This document shows positions 29,396 through 38,036 of a stretch of DNA of 43,318 bases, piece after piece; the stretch's first letter is position 1; the number at the start of each line of letters is the position of its first letter. The position numbers and the translations under genes are program-made. The notes under the pieces were generated by a model. It ran no database searches. It worked only from the letters and a program-made list of their open reading frames with translations, and had not been told where the DNA came from. The stretch lies in the NCBI GenBank assembly GCA_041592255.1, contig JBFHQK010000001.1, positions 1-43,318 on the forward strand, given 5' to 3'. The DNA comes from Fontimonas sp. Lineage in GTDB: Bacteria > Pseudomonadota > Gammaproteobacteria > Nevskiales > Nevskiaceae.

Positions 29396-29487
29396 GACGC
29401 CGCACTCCGTTTACCTGAGCGATTCCGGGCGGATTTGCGCCTTCGGTGCCGGCCAACCTGGGTCAGCCGGTCTCTCGCGCGGACGTC
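29396..29487 (-). promoter_or_regulatory. Glycine riboswitch, aptamer 1
   Basis: Minus strand GCGAGAGACCGGC...GCCGGCACCGAAGGCGCAA...CGCTCAGGTAAACGGA, with the conserved GAGA, CCGAAG and CUCAGG elements; a candidate -10 TAAGAT lies at 29500-29505. Confidence 0.9.
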
Positions 29488-29642
29488 TTTGAGGCGGCCA
29501 TCTTAACGTGCGGCGCGCGGCGGCGGAAGCCGCGCCGGGGCCGCCCGACCGCGTTCATGGAAGGGGGCCTGAACCTTGGGCTATAGTCGATCCATCCTGC
29601 GCGCCTCGACCGCCGCAGCCAATAACTCTGGGGGGTTGCGGC

Positions 29643-31295
29643 ATGGGCGTGCGTCTGAGACTCGATCCCATCGTCTTGGCAGTGTGCCTGGGCAGCGGCG
29701 CACTGGTTCCGGGAGCGGATGCCGCCGCCCAGACCACCCGGCCCGGCGAGATCCTGCTTCCGGCCACCCCGCCGGCGCCGCCCGAACCCGTCGCGTCCGC
29801 GCCCGACCTCGCCACCCCGCCCGCCGCGCAGAGCGCCCCGGCCACCCCCGTGGCGACCCTGACCGTCCAGCGTTTCGAGATCGCCGGCAACACCCTGTTC
29901 GAAACCGCCGAGCTGCAGACGCTGATCGCCGGCTACCTCGGCCGGCCGGTCACGCTGCTCGAGATCTACGCCGCTGCCGACCGGATCGCCGCGCACTACG
30001 CCGAACATGGCTACACGCTGGCCTCGGTCAACGTGCCGCCGCAGGCGGTCACCGACGGCCGCGTGCGCCTGCTGGTCAGCGAAGGCCGGCTCGCGCGCCT
30101 GTCCGCCGAAGGCACGCGCTCGTACCGTCTCGAGCAGCTGGCGCGCTATCTGCCCGGCGTCGGCCACGGCAGCATCTACCGCAGCGGCGCGCTGGAAGAC
30201 GGCCTGCGCACCCTCAACACGCTGCCGGGGCTGAGCGCGCGCGCGGTGATCAAACCGGGCGAGGTCTACGGCACCAGCGATGTGCTGCTGCGGGTCAGCG
30301 AAGACCGAGTCAATGGCCTGCTGAGCGTCGACAATTTCGGCCGTGACAGCATCGGCGCGTTCCGCTACTCGGGCCTGGCGCAGATCAACAATCCGCTGCA
30401 CGCCGAAGACCAGCTGCAGCTGCTCGCGCTGCGCTCGGAGAACGGCCTGCTCAACTACGGCTACGGCGCCTACAGCCTGCCGGTGGCCGCCAGCGGCGGC
30501 CGGCTGACGCTGGCCTACGGACACGCCGACTTCACGATCCGCGGCGCCCCGGTCGACGGCCGCAGCCGTTCCGGGCGCGTGACGCTGGATCAGCCGCTGC
30601 TGCGCAGCGCGCAGGACAACCTCGGCGCGTCGCTGGGAGTGTCGCGCACGCTGTCGAACGCCGACTTCGGCGGCGCGACGTTCAATGAAACCGCGATCAC
30701 GCTGGCCGAGTTCGGCCTCCACTACAGCCACACCTACCGCACGTTTGCGGTGACGCAGATCGGCACCACGATCGCCACCAACTTCGACCGCGCGACCCGC
30801 GCCGACCTGACCCAGATCGGCGGCGTGATCCGCGCCGACCAGCGCCTGCGCTGGGAGCTGGACCTGCAGCACCTGCAGCCGGTGTACCGCGCCTTCCAGG
30901 TACAGGTGCACGTCAACGGCGTCTACTCGCCCGATCCGCTCGCCGACACGCAGCAATACGCCCTCGGCGGGCCGTCCACGGTGCGTGGCTACGCCCCGGC
31001 CGAAATCCGCGGCGACCGCGGCTATTTCGCCGGCGTCGATCTGCGCCGGCCGTTTGCGCTCGGCGATCTGCAGCTGAGCGGGCGCGTCTTTGCCGACAGC
31101 GGGCGGGTGTATCTCGTCGATGCCCCCGCCGGCGTCAGCGCGCGGGAATCCCTGAGCAGTGTCGGCGTCGGTCTCGACGCCCGTTACGCGCGGATGGCGC
31201 TCAAGCTGGACTGGGCGTTTCCGCGTGACAACCACGTGGCCAGCGACGGGCGCGACAGCCAGCGGCTGTACGGCTCGTTGGCGGTCACCTTCTGA
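29643..31295 (+). CDS. TpsB (ShlB/FhaC/HecB family) two-partner secretion transporter
   Basis: POTRA FEIAGNTLF..YAEHGYTLA.V.VPPQ, LNTLPGL, VDNFG, LGGPSTVRGY, C-terminal Phe. Start re-picked to the ATG at 29643. Confidence 0.93.
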   Translation: MGVRLRLDPIVLAVCLGSGALVPGADAAAQTTRPGEILLPATPPAPPEPVASAPDLATPPAAQSAPATPVATLTVQRFEIAGNTLFETAELQTLIAGYLGRPVTLLEIYAAADRIAAHYAEHGYTLASVNVPPQAVTDGRVRLLVSEGRLARLSAEGTRSYRLEQLARYLPGVGHGSIYRSGALEDGLRTLNTLPGLSARAVIKPGEVYGTSDVLLRVSEDRVNGLLSVDNFGRDSIGAFRYSGLAQINNPLHAEDQLQLLALRSENGLLNYGYGAYSLPVAASGGRLTLAYGHADFTIRGAPVDGRSRSGRVTLDQPLLRSAQDNLGASLGVSRTLSNADFGGATFNETAITLAEFGLHYSHTYRTFAVTQIGTTIATNFDRATRADLTQIGGVIRADQRLRWELDLQHLQPVYRAFQVQVHVNGVYSPDPLADTQQYALGGPSTVRGYAPAEIRGDRGYFAGVDLRRPFALGDLQLSGRVFADSGRVYLVDAPAGVSARESLSSVGVGLDARYARMALKLDWAFPRDNHVASDGRDSQRLYGSLAVTF

Positions 31296-31306
31296 GGACC
31301 GGACTC

Positions 31307-34300
31307 GTGAACAGATTCCGCCTGACACCGATCGCCCGCCTGCTCACCCCCGCCCTGAGCCGCTGGGCCGCAGCCGCCTGCCTGCTCGCCCCGCTGCCCG
31401 GGGCCGCGAATCCATCGGGCGCCGCGATCGTCCACGGCCAGATTGAGATCAGCTCACCGGCAACCGGCGCGCTGCTGATCGATCAGGCATCCGAGCAGGC
31501 GATCATCAACTGGCAGGAGTTTTCGATCGGGGCCGGCGAGTCCGTGCGGTTCAACCAGCCGTCGGCGTCGGCGGCGGTGCTCAACCGCGTCATCGGCAGC
31601 CTGTCCTCGGAAATCCTGGGCCAGCTGCTGGCCAACGGCCGCGTGTTCCTGATCAACCCGCAGGGCATCCTGTTCGGCGCCGGCAGCCAGGTCGACGTCG
31701 GCGCGCTGGTGGCCGCCACGCACGATCTGACCAACGAGCACTTTCTCTCCGGCGACTACGCCTTTGCCGGCGCCAGCACGGCCGGCATCTTCAACGCCGG
31801 CACACTGCGCAGCGGCGACGGCGGCTTTGTCGTGCTCGCCGCCGATCATGTCGGCAACACGGGACGGATCGAAACCAGTGGCGGTGACATCGCCCTGGCA
31901 GCCGGCGCGCAGTGGTCGATGTACCTCGATGCCGAGGGGCTGGTCAGCCTCGATGTCGAGACCGCGGCGCTGTCGGAGCTGGCCGGCGTCGACAACGCCG
32001 GCGATCTGGTCGCCAGCGGCGGCGTGGTGCTGCTGCGGGCCGCGCTGGCCCGCGATCTGCTCGGCACTGCGGTGAACAACAGCGGCCGCATATCCGCACA
32101 GTCGATTGCCGAGCGCGGCGGCCAGATCTTCCTGCTCGGCAGCGGCGGCGATGTCGCCAGCAGCGGCGCGCTGGAGGCCTCGGCTGATGCCGTGCTTCAC
32201 GCCCGTGACGGCTCGATTCGCACTGGAGCGATTGACGCTCACAGCATCGCGCTGCACGCCGAAAACGGTTCGGTACACGTCGGCGATGCCGACACACCGG
32301 CCGATCTGACGGCGTCCGGCTGGGTCGACATCAGCAGCACCCAGGGCAGCGTTGCGCTCCACGGCACCGTCACCGCGGGCGACTTCGTGCGCATCGACAC
32401 CAGCAGCAGCCAGGGCGGTGGGGACGGCATTCTTGTCACCGGGGCGATCCACGCGGTCGGCAGCGCGTCGCTGCAGTCCAGCAACGGCGGCATTGCCGTG
32501 CAGGACATCGTCGTCACCGGCGGCGACGGTGAGCACACCTCGGCCGATGCGTCGATCTGGCTGCACCAGTACAGCGCCGGGCGCGCCGACATCCGCACCG
32601 GAGCGCTGTGGGCGACCAGCGATCACGGCGCCGCCAGTATCGACCTCTATAACAATCAGGGCAGCCTGTTCATCAACGGCGACATCCGCGTGGTCGGCGG
32701 CGGCTTCAGCACGTCCGGCGAAGGCTACGGCTACGGCGACGACGTCGCCCGCCTGTGGCTGAGTGCGTGGAACGGGGACGTCGACGTCAGCGGCCGGGTC
32801 GATGTCGTCGGCAATCCCTCCAGCCGGAGCTATAGCGACGAAACCGGACAGCTGCAGCAGTCGCTGGGCGGCGCCTGGCTGGACGCGTACGGCCGCACGG
32901 TGCGTTTCCGCGCGCCGGTGGCCGTGTCCGGGACCGGTTGGGTCGGCGCTCATATGCATGCGTGGGGCGAGGCCAGCGAGGTGCGCCTCGACGACAGCCT
33001 GCACGTGACCGCCCTCGCGGCAACCGAGTACGCGCTGGCCGCCGACGGCAGCCGGTCGACCCGCCTCTTCGGCGACGCCTGGGTCAGCCTCGCCGCCTCC
33101 GGCGGCGGCACGGTCAGCACCCATGGGGTCTCGGTCAGCGGCCCAAATGCCGGGCTCAACATCCTTGCCGATCGCGTGCGACTGCACGCGGACCGCAACG
33201 GGCAGGCGCTACGCGTGTTCGCCCCCAACGGCGCCAGCGGATCCGGCGCGTCGTTCACGTCCTACAGCCCGAGCGGCGTTGAGCGGGCGACGTCGAGCTA
33301 CGGTCAGGCCTGGGCGATGATCTACGCCCAAGGCGGCAGCGTCGCTGACCCCAGCATTCTGGCCACCGGCAACCTCACCATCAGCGGCCCGACCGCCGCG
33401 CTATCGCTGCTGGCCGCCCACGACGTGCGGATCGCCGCCACCGACGGTGGCGGCAGCGTCTCGGTCAGCGGCACCGGCTACCGGATCGCCGGCGACTGGG
33501 ACCACCTCCACAACAACCACGTGCCCGGAAGCTACGGCGATGACGCCGTCAGCACCGACAACGACGCCGATGGCGACCCGGTACTGGCCAGCGGCACCAG
33601 CGCGTGGGGCGCCGCGACGCTGCACATCGGCGGCATCCATCCGTACAGCGTCGAAAGCGTCGCAGGCACCGCGGCCAGCAGTCTGCAGTCCGACCCCTAC
33701 GGCCCGGCGTGGGCCGGCGACGTGCACATCGGCGGCACGCTGACCGTGAGCGGCCAGGGCCGCGCGCTGGCGCGCGTCGAAGCCAATGGCCTGAGTGTCG
33801 GCGGCGCGACCACGGTCGACGCCAGCGCCGGCGCGGTCAGCGGCAGCTATCGCGACTGGGCGTATATCGACGGCACCGACTACGCCATCGAGGGGCAGGT
33901 CGGCGCCACGCTCACCACCGATGCGGCCACCGGCGCCCCGGTGGTCGGCGGTGTCGCCCGCTACGGCGAGGCCCGTTTCAGTTTCGAGTCCGGCGACACC
34001 GCGACCGCGGTCGATCTGGACCTGCTGCGTGTGCGCGGCAACAGCGCGGCGGCGGAGATCGCCCACCGCGGCAGCGTGCACCTGGGCAGTGTCGAAGTGC
34101 TCGGCGGGCGCGGCGACAAGGCGCCGCAGGTCGCCGAAGTCGCGACTTTCACGCCGCTTTCCGGCGGGGCGGCGATCGATCCGCGCTTCACCGAAGTCCG
34201 CGGCGACAGCAACCTGCTGATCATCGGCATCGACGCCGAAACCCGGCCGAGCACGCTGACCATCGACGGCGATGTCCGCGTCGAGGGTACCGGACTGGTA

Positions 34301-36016
34301 GCCACGAGCCTGCACGCCGGCACGGTAGAGATCGGCGGCACGGTCAGCCTGCAGCACACCGCCGGAAGCTACCGCAGCAACGATCCGGATAATGCGTCGC
34401 CGCCCGACCTCGCCGCCGCGCTGCTCGACATCGGCAGCGACGCCAGCGCGCCGGCTGCGATCGGCGGCCTTGCCGCCGATGTTGATGGTCTGGTGGTGCT
34501 GAACCTCGATATCGCCGCCGCCGGCAATGTCGCCATCAATGCCGACAGCTTCGGCCAGACCCTGTCCGGGGCCTACGTTGACTTCAGCCACCCGGCAGCG
34601 GTCGGCGAGCCCGAACTCGGCCATCCGGATCTGGTCTTCGGCCCGGTGCAGATCGCCGGCGCCGACATCCGCCTGTCGTTCCGGCAGGACTCGCTGCTGC
34701 AGGATGCGGTGCTGCAGGCCAGTGGCACGCTGGCGATCGACGGCGGCCACGCGGCGCTGAGCGCCGGCCAGGTCAACTGGCAGGGCGGCACGATCAATTT
34801 GAACGCGGTGCGCCTGGACGCCGGCGCGCTGACCCTGAGCGCCGTCAACGGCCTGAGCATCGCCACCAGTGCGCTGTCCGGCGACCGCGCGCTGCTGCGC
34901 ACGACCGGCACCCAGGGCAGCAGCGTGCAGATCAGTGCCAGCCGCCTGTCCTTCGGCACCTCGATCACCATCGACTCGGCCGGCGCGCTGAGCATCGACG
35001 CCAGCCAGTTCGACGGCGCCAGCCCTGCGGGCGCCAAACTCGCGGCACCCGCTCCGGCGCTGCGCCTGTCGGCGCTGGGCGCGCTGAGCGTGCGCGGCTC
35101 GGCACTGGATGGGGGCGCGGTCAGCCTGCACGGCGCCAGCCTGAGCCTGAGCGGGCGCATTGGCGCCGGCGCGCTGAGCCTGACCAGCCCCGGCACGATT
35201 GCGAGCCAGAGCGACAACGGGTTGCTGATTGACGCCGGCGCGATCGACGTCGTCGCCCAGTCGATCCAGCTCGGCAATGCCACGCTCAACATCGGCTCGG
35301 GGCTGGCCGCCAACGGGCGCGATGCCACGCTGCTCAGCCTGCTGCCCACGAGCCTGCGGCCGGCAAGCAGCGCACCCAACGCCGCCTTCATCGCCCAGCT
35401 GAATTCGACTCTGGGCCAGCTGTCCATCGCCGGTGGCTATCTCTATGTGCAGGCGCCGTCGGCGATTGCCCAGGTCAGTACGCCGGGCGACCTGTTCTAC
35501 CACTACCGTCCGTTCACCGACAGCGCCGCGATGAGTGTGGCCCCGAGCACGGCGCTCAGCGCCGGCGGACGCACCACCCTGGCCTTCGGCGGCACCGGAT
35601 ACACCGGCAACATCGCGATCGCCGGCGCCGACCCGCTGCTGCCCGCAGACTCCGCAAGCTACGTGTTCCTGACCCAGGGGGAGATCCGCGGCCTCGAGCG
35701 CATCGACACCAGCGGCGCCGTGGTCGCGCTCGGCGGCCGGGTCATCCCGCCGCCCGCGCCGCCGCCTCCGCCGCCGCAGGGCGGAAGCACGCAGCGCGAG
35801 GTCCAGGGCGCTTTGACCCTGGTCCAGCAGCCGGCGCCCCCAGCATCGACCGGCCAGCCGGATCCGGCGCCTGCCAGCGGCCAGCCCGACAACAGGGATG
35901 AGGACGAGGACAAGGACGACGCGCAGAGCGGTCGTGGCGCGGACGCAGCCGGCATCGACGCTCCCAGCCAAGTCGATGTCACCAGCGGCGGCGCCGAAAC
36001 GCTGAGCTGCGAATAA
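31307..36016 (+). CDS. TpsA exoprotein with filamentous-haemagglutinin TPS domain (beta-helical adhesin-like)
   Basis: Signal peptide; IINWQEFSIG, FNQPS, VLNRVIG, ANGRVFLINPQGILFG TPS motifs; G/A/S/T-rich beta repeats; Pro-rich and acidic C-terminal tail. Confidence 0.93.
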   Translation: MNRFRLTPIARLLTPALSRWAAAACLLAPLPGAANPSGAAIVHGQIEISSPATGALLIDQASEQAIINWQEFSIGAGESVRFNQPSASAAVLNRVIGSLSSEILGQLLANGRVFLINPQGILFGAGSQVDVGALVAATHDLTNEHFLSGDYAFAGASTAGIFNAGTLRSGDGGFVVLAADHVGNTGRIETSGGDIALAAGAQWSMYLDAEGLVSLDVETAALSELAGVDNAGDLVASGGVVLLRAALARDLLGTAVNNSGRISAQSIAERGGQIFLLGSGGDVASSGALEASADAVLHARDGSIRTGAIDAHSIALHAENGSVHVGDADTPADLTASGWVDISSTQGSVALHGTVTAGDFVRIDTSSSQGGGDGILVTGAIHAVGSASLQSSNGGIAVQDIVVTGGDGEHTSADASIWLHQYSAGRADIRTGALWATSDHGAASIDLYNNQGSLFINGDIRVVGGGFSTSGEGYGYGDDVARLWLSAWNGDVDVSGRVDVVGNPSSRSYSDETGQLQQSLGGAWLDAYGRTVRFRAPVAVSGTGWVGAHMHAWGEASEVRLDDSLHVTALAATEYALAADGSRSTRLFGDAWVSLAASGGGTVSTHGVSVSGPNAGLNILADRVRLHADRNGQALRVFAPNGASGSGASFTSYSPSGVERATSSYGQAWAMIYAQGGSVADPSILATGNLTISGPTAALSLLAAHDVRIAATDGGGSVSVSGTGYRIAGDWDHLHNNHVPGSYGDDAVSTDNDADGDPVLASGTSAWGAATLHIGGIHPYSVESVAGTAASSLQSDPYGPAWAGDVHIGGTLTVSGQGRALARVEANGLSVGGATTVDASAGAVSGSYRDWAYIDGTDYAIEGQVGATLTTDAATGAPVVGGVARYGEARFSFESGDTATAVDLDLLRVRGNSAAAEIAHRGSVHLGSVEVLGGRGDKAPQVAEVATFTPLSGGAAIDPRFTEVRGDSNLLIIGIDAETRPSTLTIDGDVRVEGTGLVATSLHAGTVEIGGTVSLQHTAGSYRSNDPDNASPPDLAAALLDIGSDASAPAAIGGLAADVDGLVVLNLDIAAAGNVAINADSFGQTLSGAYVDFSHPAAVGEPELGHPDLVFGPVQIAGADIRLSFRQDSLLQDAVLQASGTLAIDGGHAALSAGQVNWQGGTINLNAVRLDAGALTLSAVNGLSIATSALSGDRALLRTTGTQGSSVQISASRLSFGTSITIDSAGALSIDASQFDGASPAGAKLAAPAPALRLSALGALSVRGSALDGGAVSLHGASLSLSGRIGAGALSLTSPGTIASQSDNGLLIDAGAIDVVAQSIQLGNATLNIGSGLAANGRDATLLSLLPTSLRPASSAPNAAFIAQLNSTLGQLSIAGGYLYVQAPSAIAQVSTPGDLFYHYRPFTDSAAMSVAPSTALSAGGRTTLAFGGTGYTGNIAIAGADPLLPADSASYVFLTQGEIRGLERIDTSGAVVALGGRVIPPPAPPPPPPQGGSTQREVQGALTLVQQPAPPASTGQPDPAPASGQPDNRDEDEDKDDAQSGRGADAAGIDAPSQVDVTSGGAETLSCE

Positions 36017-36031
36017 CCGCGGAGGACCGCC

Positions 36032-36841
36032 ATGCCCAAATCCCTGACCCTCGCGCTGCTCTGTGCCGCCCTGTCGCTGCCGGCAGGCCCCGCACTGGCG
36101 GCCGCCGCCGGCGAAGTCCTGCTGATCACCGGACGCGGCACCGCCAGCGATCCCGCCAGCGGCCGCATCCGCGAGCTGGTCAAGGGCGATGCGGTCTACG
36201 CCGGCGAGATCGTCAGCTCCTCAATCAACAGCTACATCAACCTCAAGTTCGCCGACGGCAGCTTCATCCTGCTGCGCCCGAACACGCGGTTTGCCGTCGA
36301 GGCGTTCGAACTGGCAGCCAGCGCGCCCGCGCCGGCAGCCGTGGAGCCGATCGCCGCGCCGGCTGCGGCGTCTGCGCCGATCGCCGAGACGCCCGCGCCG
36401 GCCGACCCCCGCCGCGCACCGGCACCGACAACGGCCACCGACAGCGGCGCGCGGGCCTATTTCCGGCTGCTCAAAGGCGGCTTTCGCGCGGTGTCCGGTT
36501 TGATCGGCAAGGCCAATGCCGCCGAGTACCGCGTCACCACGCCCGTGGCAACGATCGGCATCCGCGGCACCGACTACGTGGTGATCCTCTGCGACGCCGC
36601 CTGCGCACGGGATCCGGTGCTGGGTGACAGCATCCCCGCGGGGCGCACCGCCGAAGGCGGCATCGTGGTCGGCGTGATCCAGGGCGGCGTCTTCGTCAGC
36701 AGCACCGCCGGTCCGGCCACCGACGTCGGGGCGAATCAATACCTGGCGACGCTACCCGACGGCACCCAGCTGACGCTGCCGTTCGAGCCTCGCTTCCTCA
36801 GAGTCGACCCGATTCCCAACCCGGCGACGGTCTGCCCCTGA
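36032..36841 (+). CDS. Secreted/periplasmic stand-alone FecR-domain protein
   Basis: Sec signal peptide; LKFADGSFILLRPNTRF, LLKGGFRAVSGLIGK, VTTPVATIGIRGTDY, VIQGGV; GGAGG SD. Confidence 0.87.
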   Translation: MPKSLTLALLCAALSLPAGPALAAAAGEVLLITGRGTASDPASGRIRELVKGDAVYAGEIVSSSINSYINLKFADGSFILLRPNTRFAVEAFELAASAPAPAAVEPIAAPAAASAPIAETPAPADPRRAPAPTTATDSGARAYFRLLKGGFRAVSGLIGKANAAEYRVTTPVATIGIRGTDYVVILCDAACARDPVLGDSIPAGRTAEGGIVVGVIQGGVFVSSTAGPATDVGANQYLATLPDGTQLTLPFEPRFLRVDPIPNPATVCP

Positions 36842-36853
36842 AGCCGGCGCGGC

Positions 36854-36873
36854 GCCGGGCGCACGCGCCCGGC
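36854..36873. terminator. GC hairpin between the convergent FecR-domain and ubi genes
   Basis: GCCGGGCG-CACG-CGCCCGGC, 8-bp stem, no U tract. Confidence 0.4.
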
Positions 36874-38036
36874 TACAGGCCGCAGGCGCGGCGCACCAGC
36901 GCCTGGCGCAGCGGCGTCACCGCATTGACCAGCGACAGTCCCTGCTGGCGCAGGCGTTCCCAGCCCGGCAGCTGCAGACGGTAGGCACGGTAGATGCCGT
37001 CGGTGACCGCAATCATCTCGCCGACCTCGGCCTTGCGCGCCCGCTGATAGCGCGCCAGCACGCGCAGGCTGCCGATATCGCGCCGCGCCTGGCGCGCCGC
37101 GCTCAGCGTGTCGATCAGCCCGCGCACGTCGCCGAAGCCCAGGTTGACGCCCTGCCCGGCCAGCGGGTGCACAACGTGCGCGGCGTCGCCGGCCAGGGCG
37201 AAACGCGGGCGCACGTAGTCCTGCGCGTCCTGCAGCACGAGGGGAAAGTCCAGCCGGCGCGTGCACGCGAGCACACGGCCGAGCACCTGCTGGCTGGCGG
37301 CGGTCAGCGCCGCGCAGAAGGCATCGTCGTCGAGCGCCATCACCGTCGCGGCCTCGGTCGTCGACCACACGATCGAGCTGCGGCCATCCGCCAGCGGCAA
37401 CAGCGCCAGCGGTCCGGTATCGAGAAAGCGCTGATAGGCGGCCCCTTCGTGAGGGCGCTCGGTGCGCACATGGCACACCACCGCCGTGTGGTCGTAGGGC
37501 TGCCGCCGCAGCTCGATCCCCTGCGCCGCCCGCAGCGGCGAGCGCGCACTGTCGGCACCGATCACCAGCGCGGCCCGCAAGGTCGAACCGCCGTCCAGCT
37601 GCAGCGTCGCGCCGCCATCGTCCACCGTGCAGCCGACGACACCCACGCCTTCGCGCAGCACCCCCGCCGGCAATGCCGCCCACAGATGGCGCTGGATCAC
37701 GCGGCTCTCGACGATGTAGCCGAGCACCGCTGCGCGCACGTCCGAGGCGTCAAAGCGCAGCGCCGCGGCGACGTCGTGTTCCCACACCTGCATGTGCGTG
37801 TACGGACTGGCGCGCTCGGCTGCGATGGCGTTCCAGACGCCCAGATCCTCCAGCAGGCGCACGCTTGCCGGCGAGATCGCGTAGACGCGCAGGTCGTAGT
37901 CGTCGGCACCGTCGTCGACGCCGCCGCGGTCGAGCACGCGCACGCGCAGACCCGCGCGGTGCAGACCCAGCGCCGCCGCGGCACCGACCAGACCGGCGCC
38001 GACAATCGCCACATCACAGTCCCGCGCCGGCCTCAT
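36873..38036 (-). CDS. ubiI: UbiH/UbiF/VisC-family FAD hydroxylase (UbiI-like by synteny)
   Basis: IVGAGLVG, RVYAISPAS, IGADSARS, GDAAHVVHPLAGQGVNLG; follows ubiH with an ATGA overlap. Start re-picked to 38036; the ubiI versus ubiF assignment rests on gene order only. Confidence 0.75.
   Translation of the reverse strand: MRPARDCDVAIVGAGLVGAAAALGLHRAGLRVRVLDRGGVDDGADDYDLRVYAISPASVRLLEDLGVWNAIAAERASPYTHMQVWEHDVAAALRFDASDVRAAVLGYIVESRVIQRHLWAALPAGVLREGVGVVGCTVDDGGATLQLDGGSTLRAALVIGADSARSPLRAAQGIELRRQPYDHTAVVCHVRTERPHEGAAYQRFLDTGPLALLPLADGRSSIVWSTTEAATVMALDDDAFCAALTAASQQVLGRVLACTRRLDFPLVLQDAQDYVRPRFALAGDAAHVVHPLAGQGVNLGFGDVRGLIDTLSAARQARRDIGSLRVLARYQRARKAEVGEMIAVTDGIYRAYRLQLPGWERLRQQGLSLVNAVTPLRQALVRRACGL

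Noticed and set aside
31307-36841. TpsA as a CDI toxin with the downstream gene as immunity
   Set aside because: No pre-toxin motif or toxin-like C-terminal domain; the downstream gene is a secreted FecR-domain protein.
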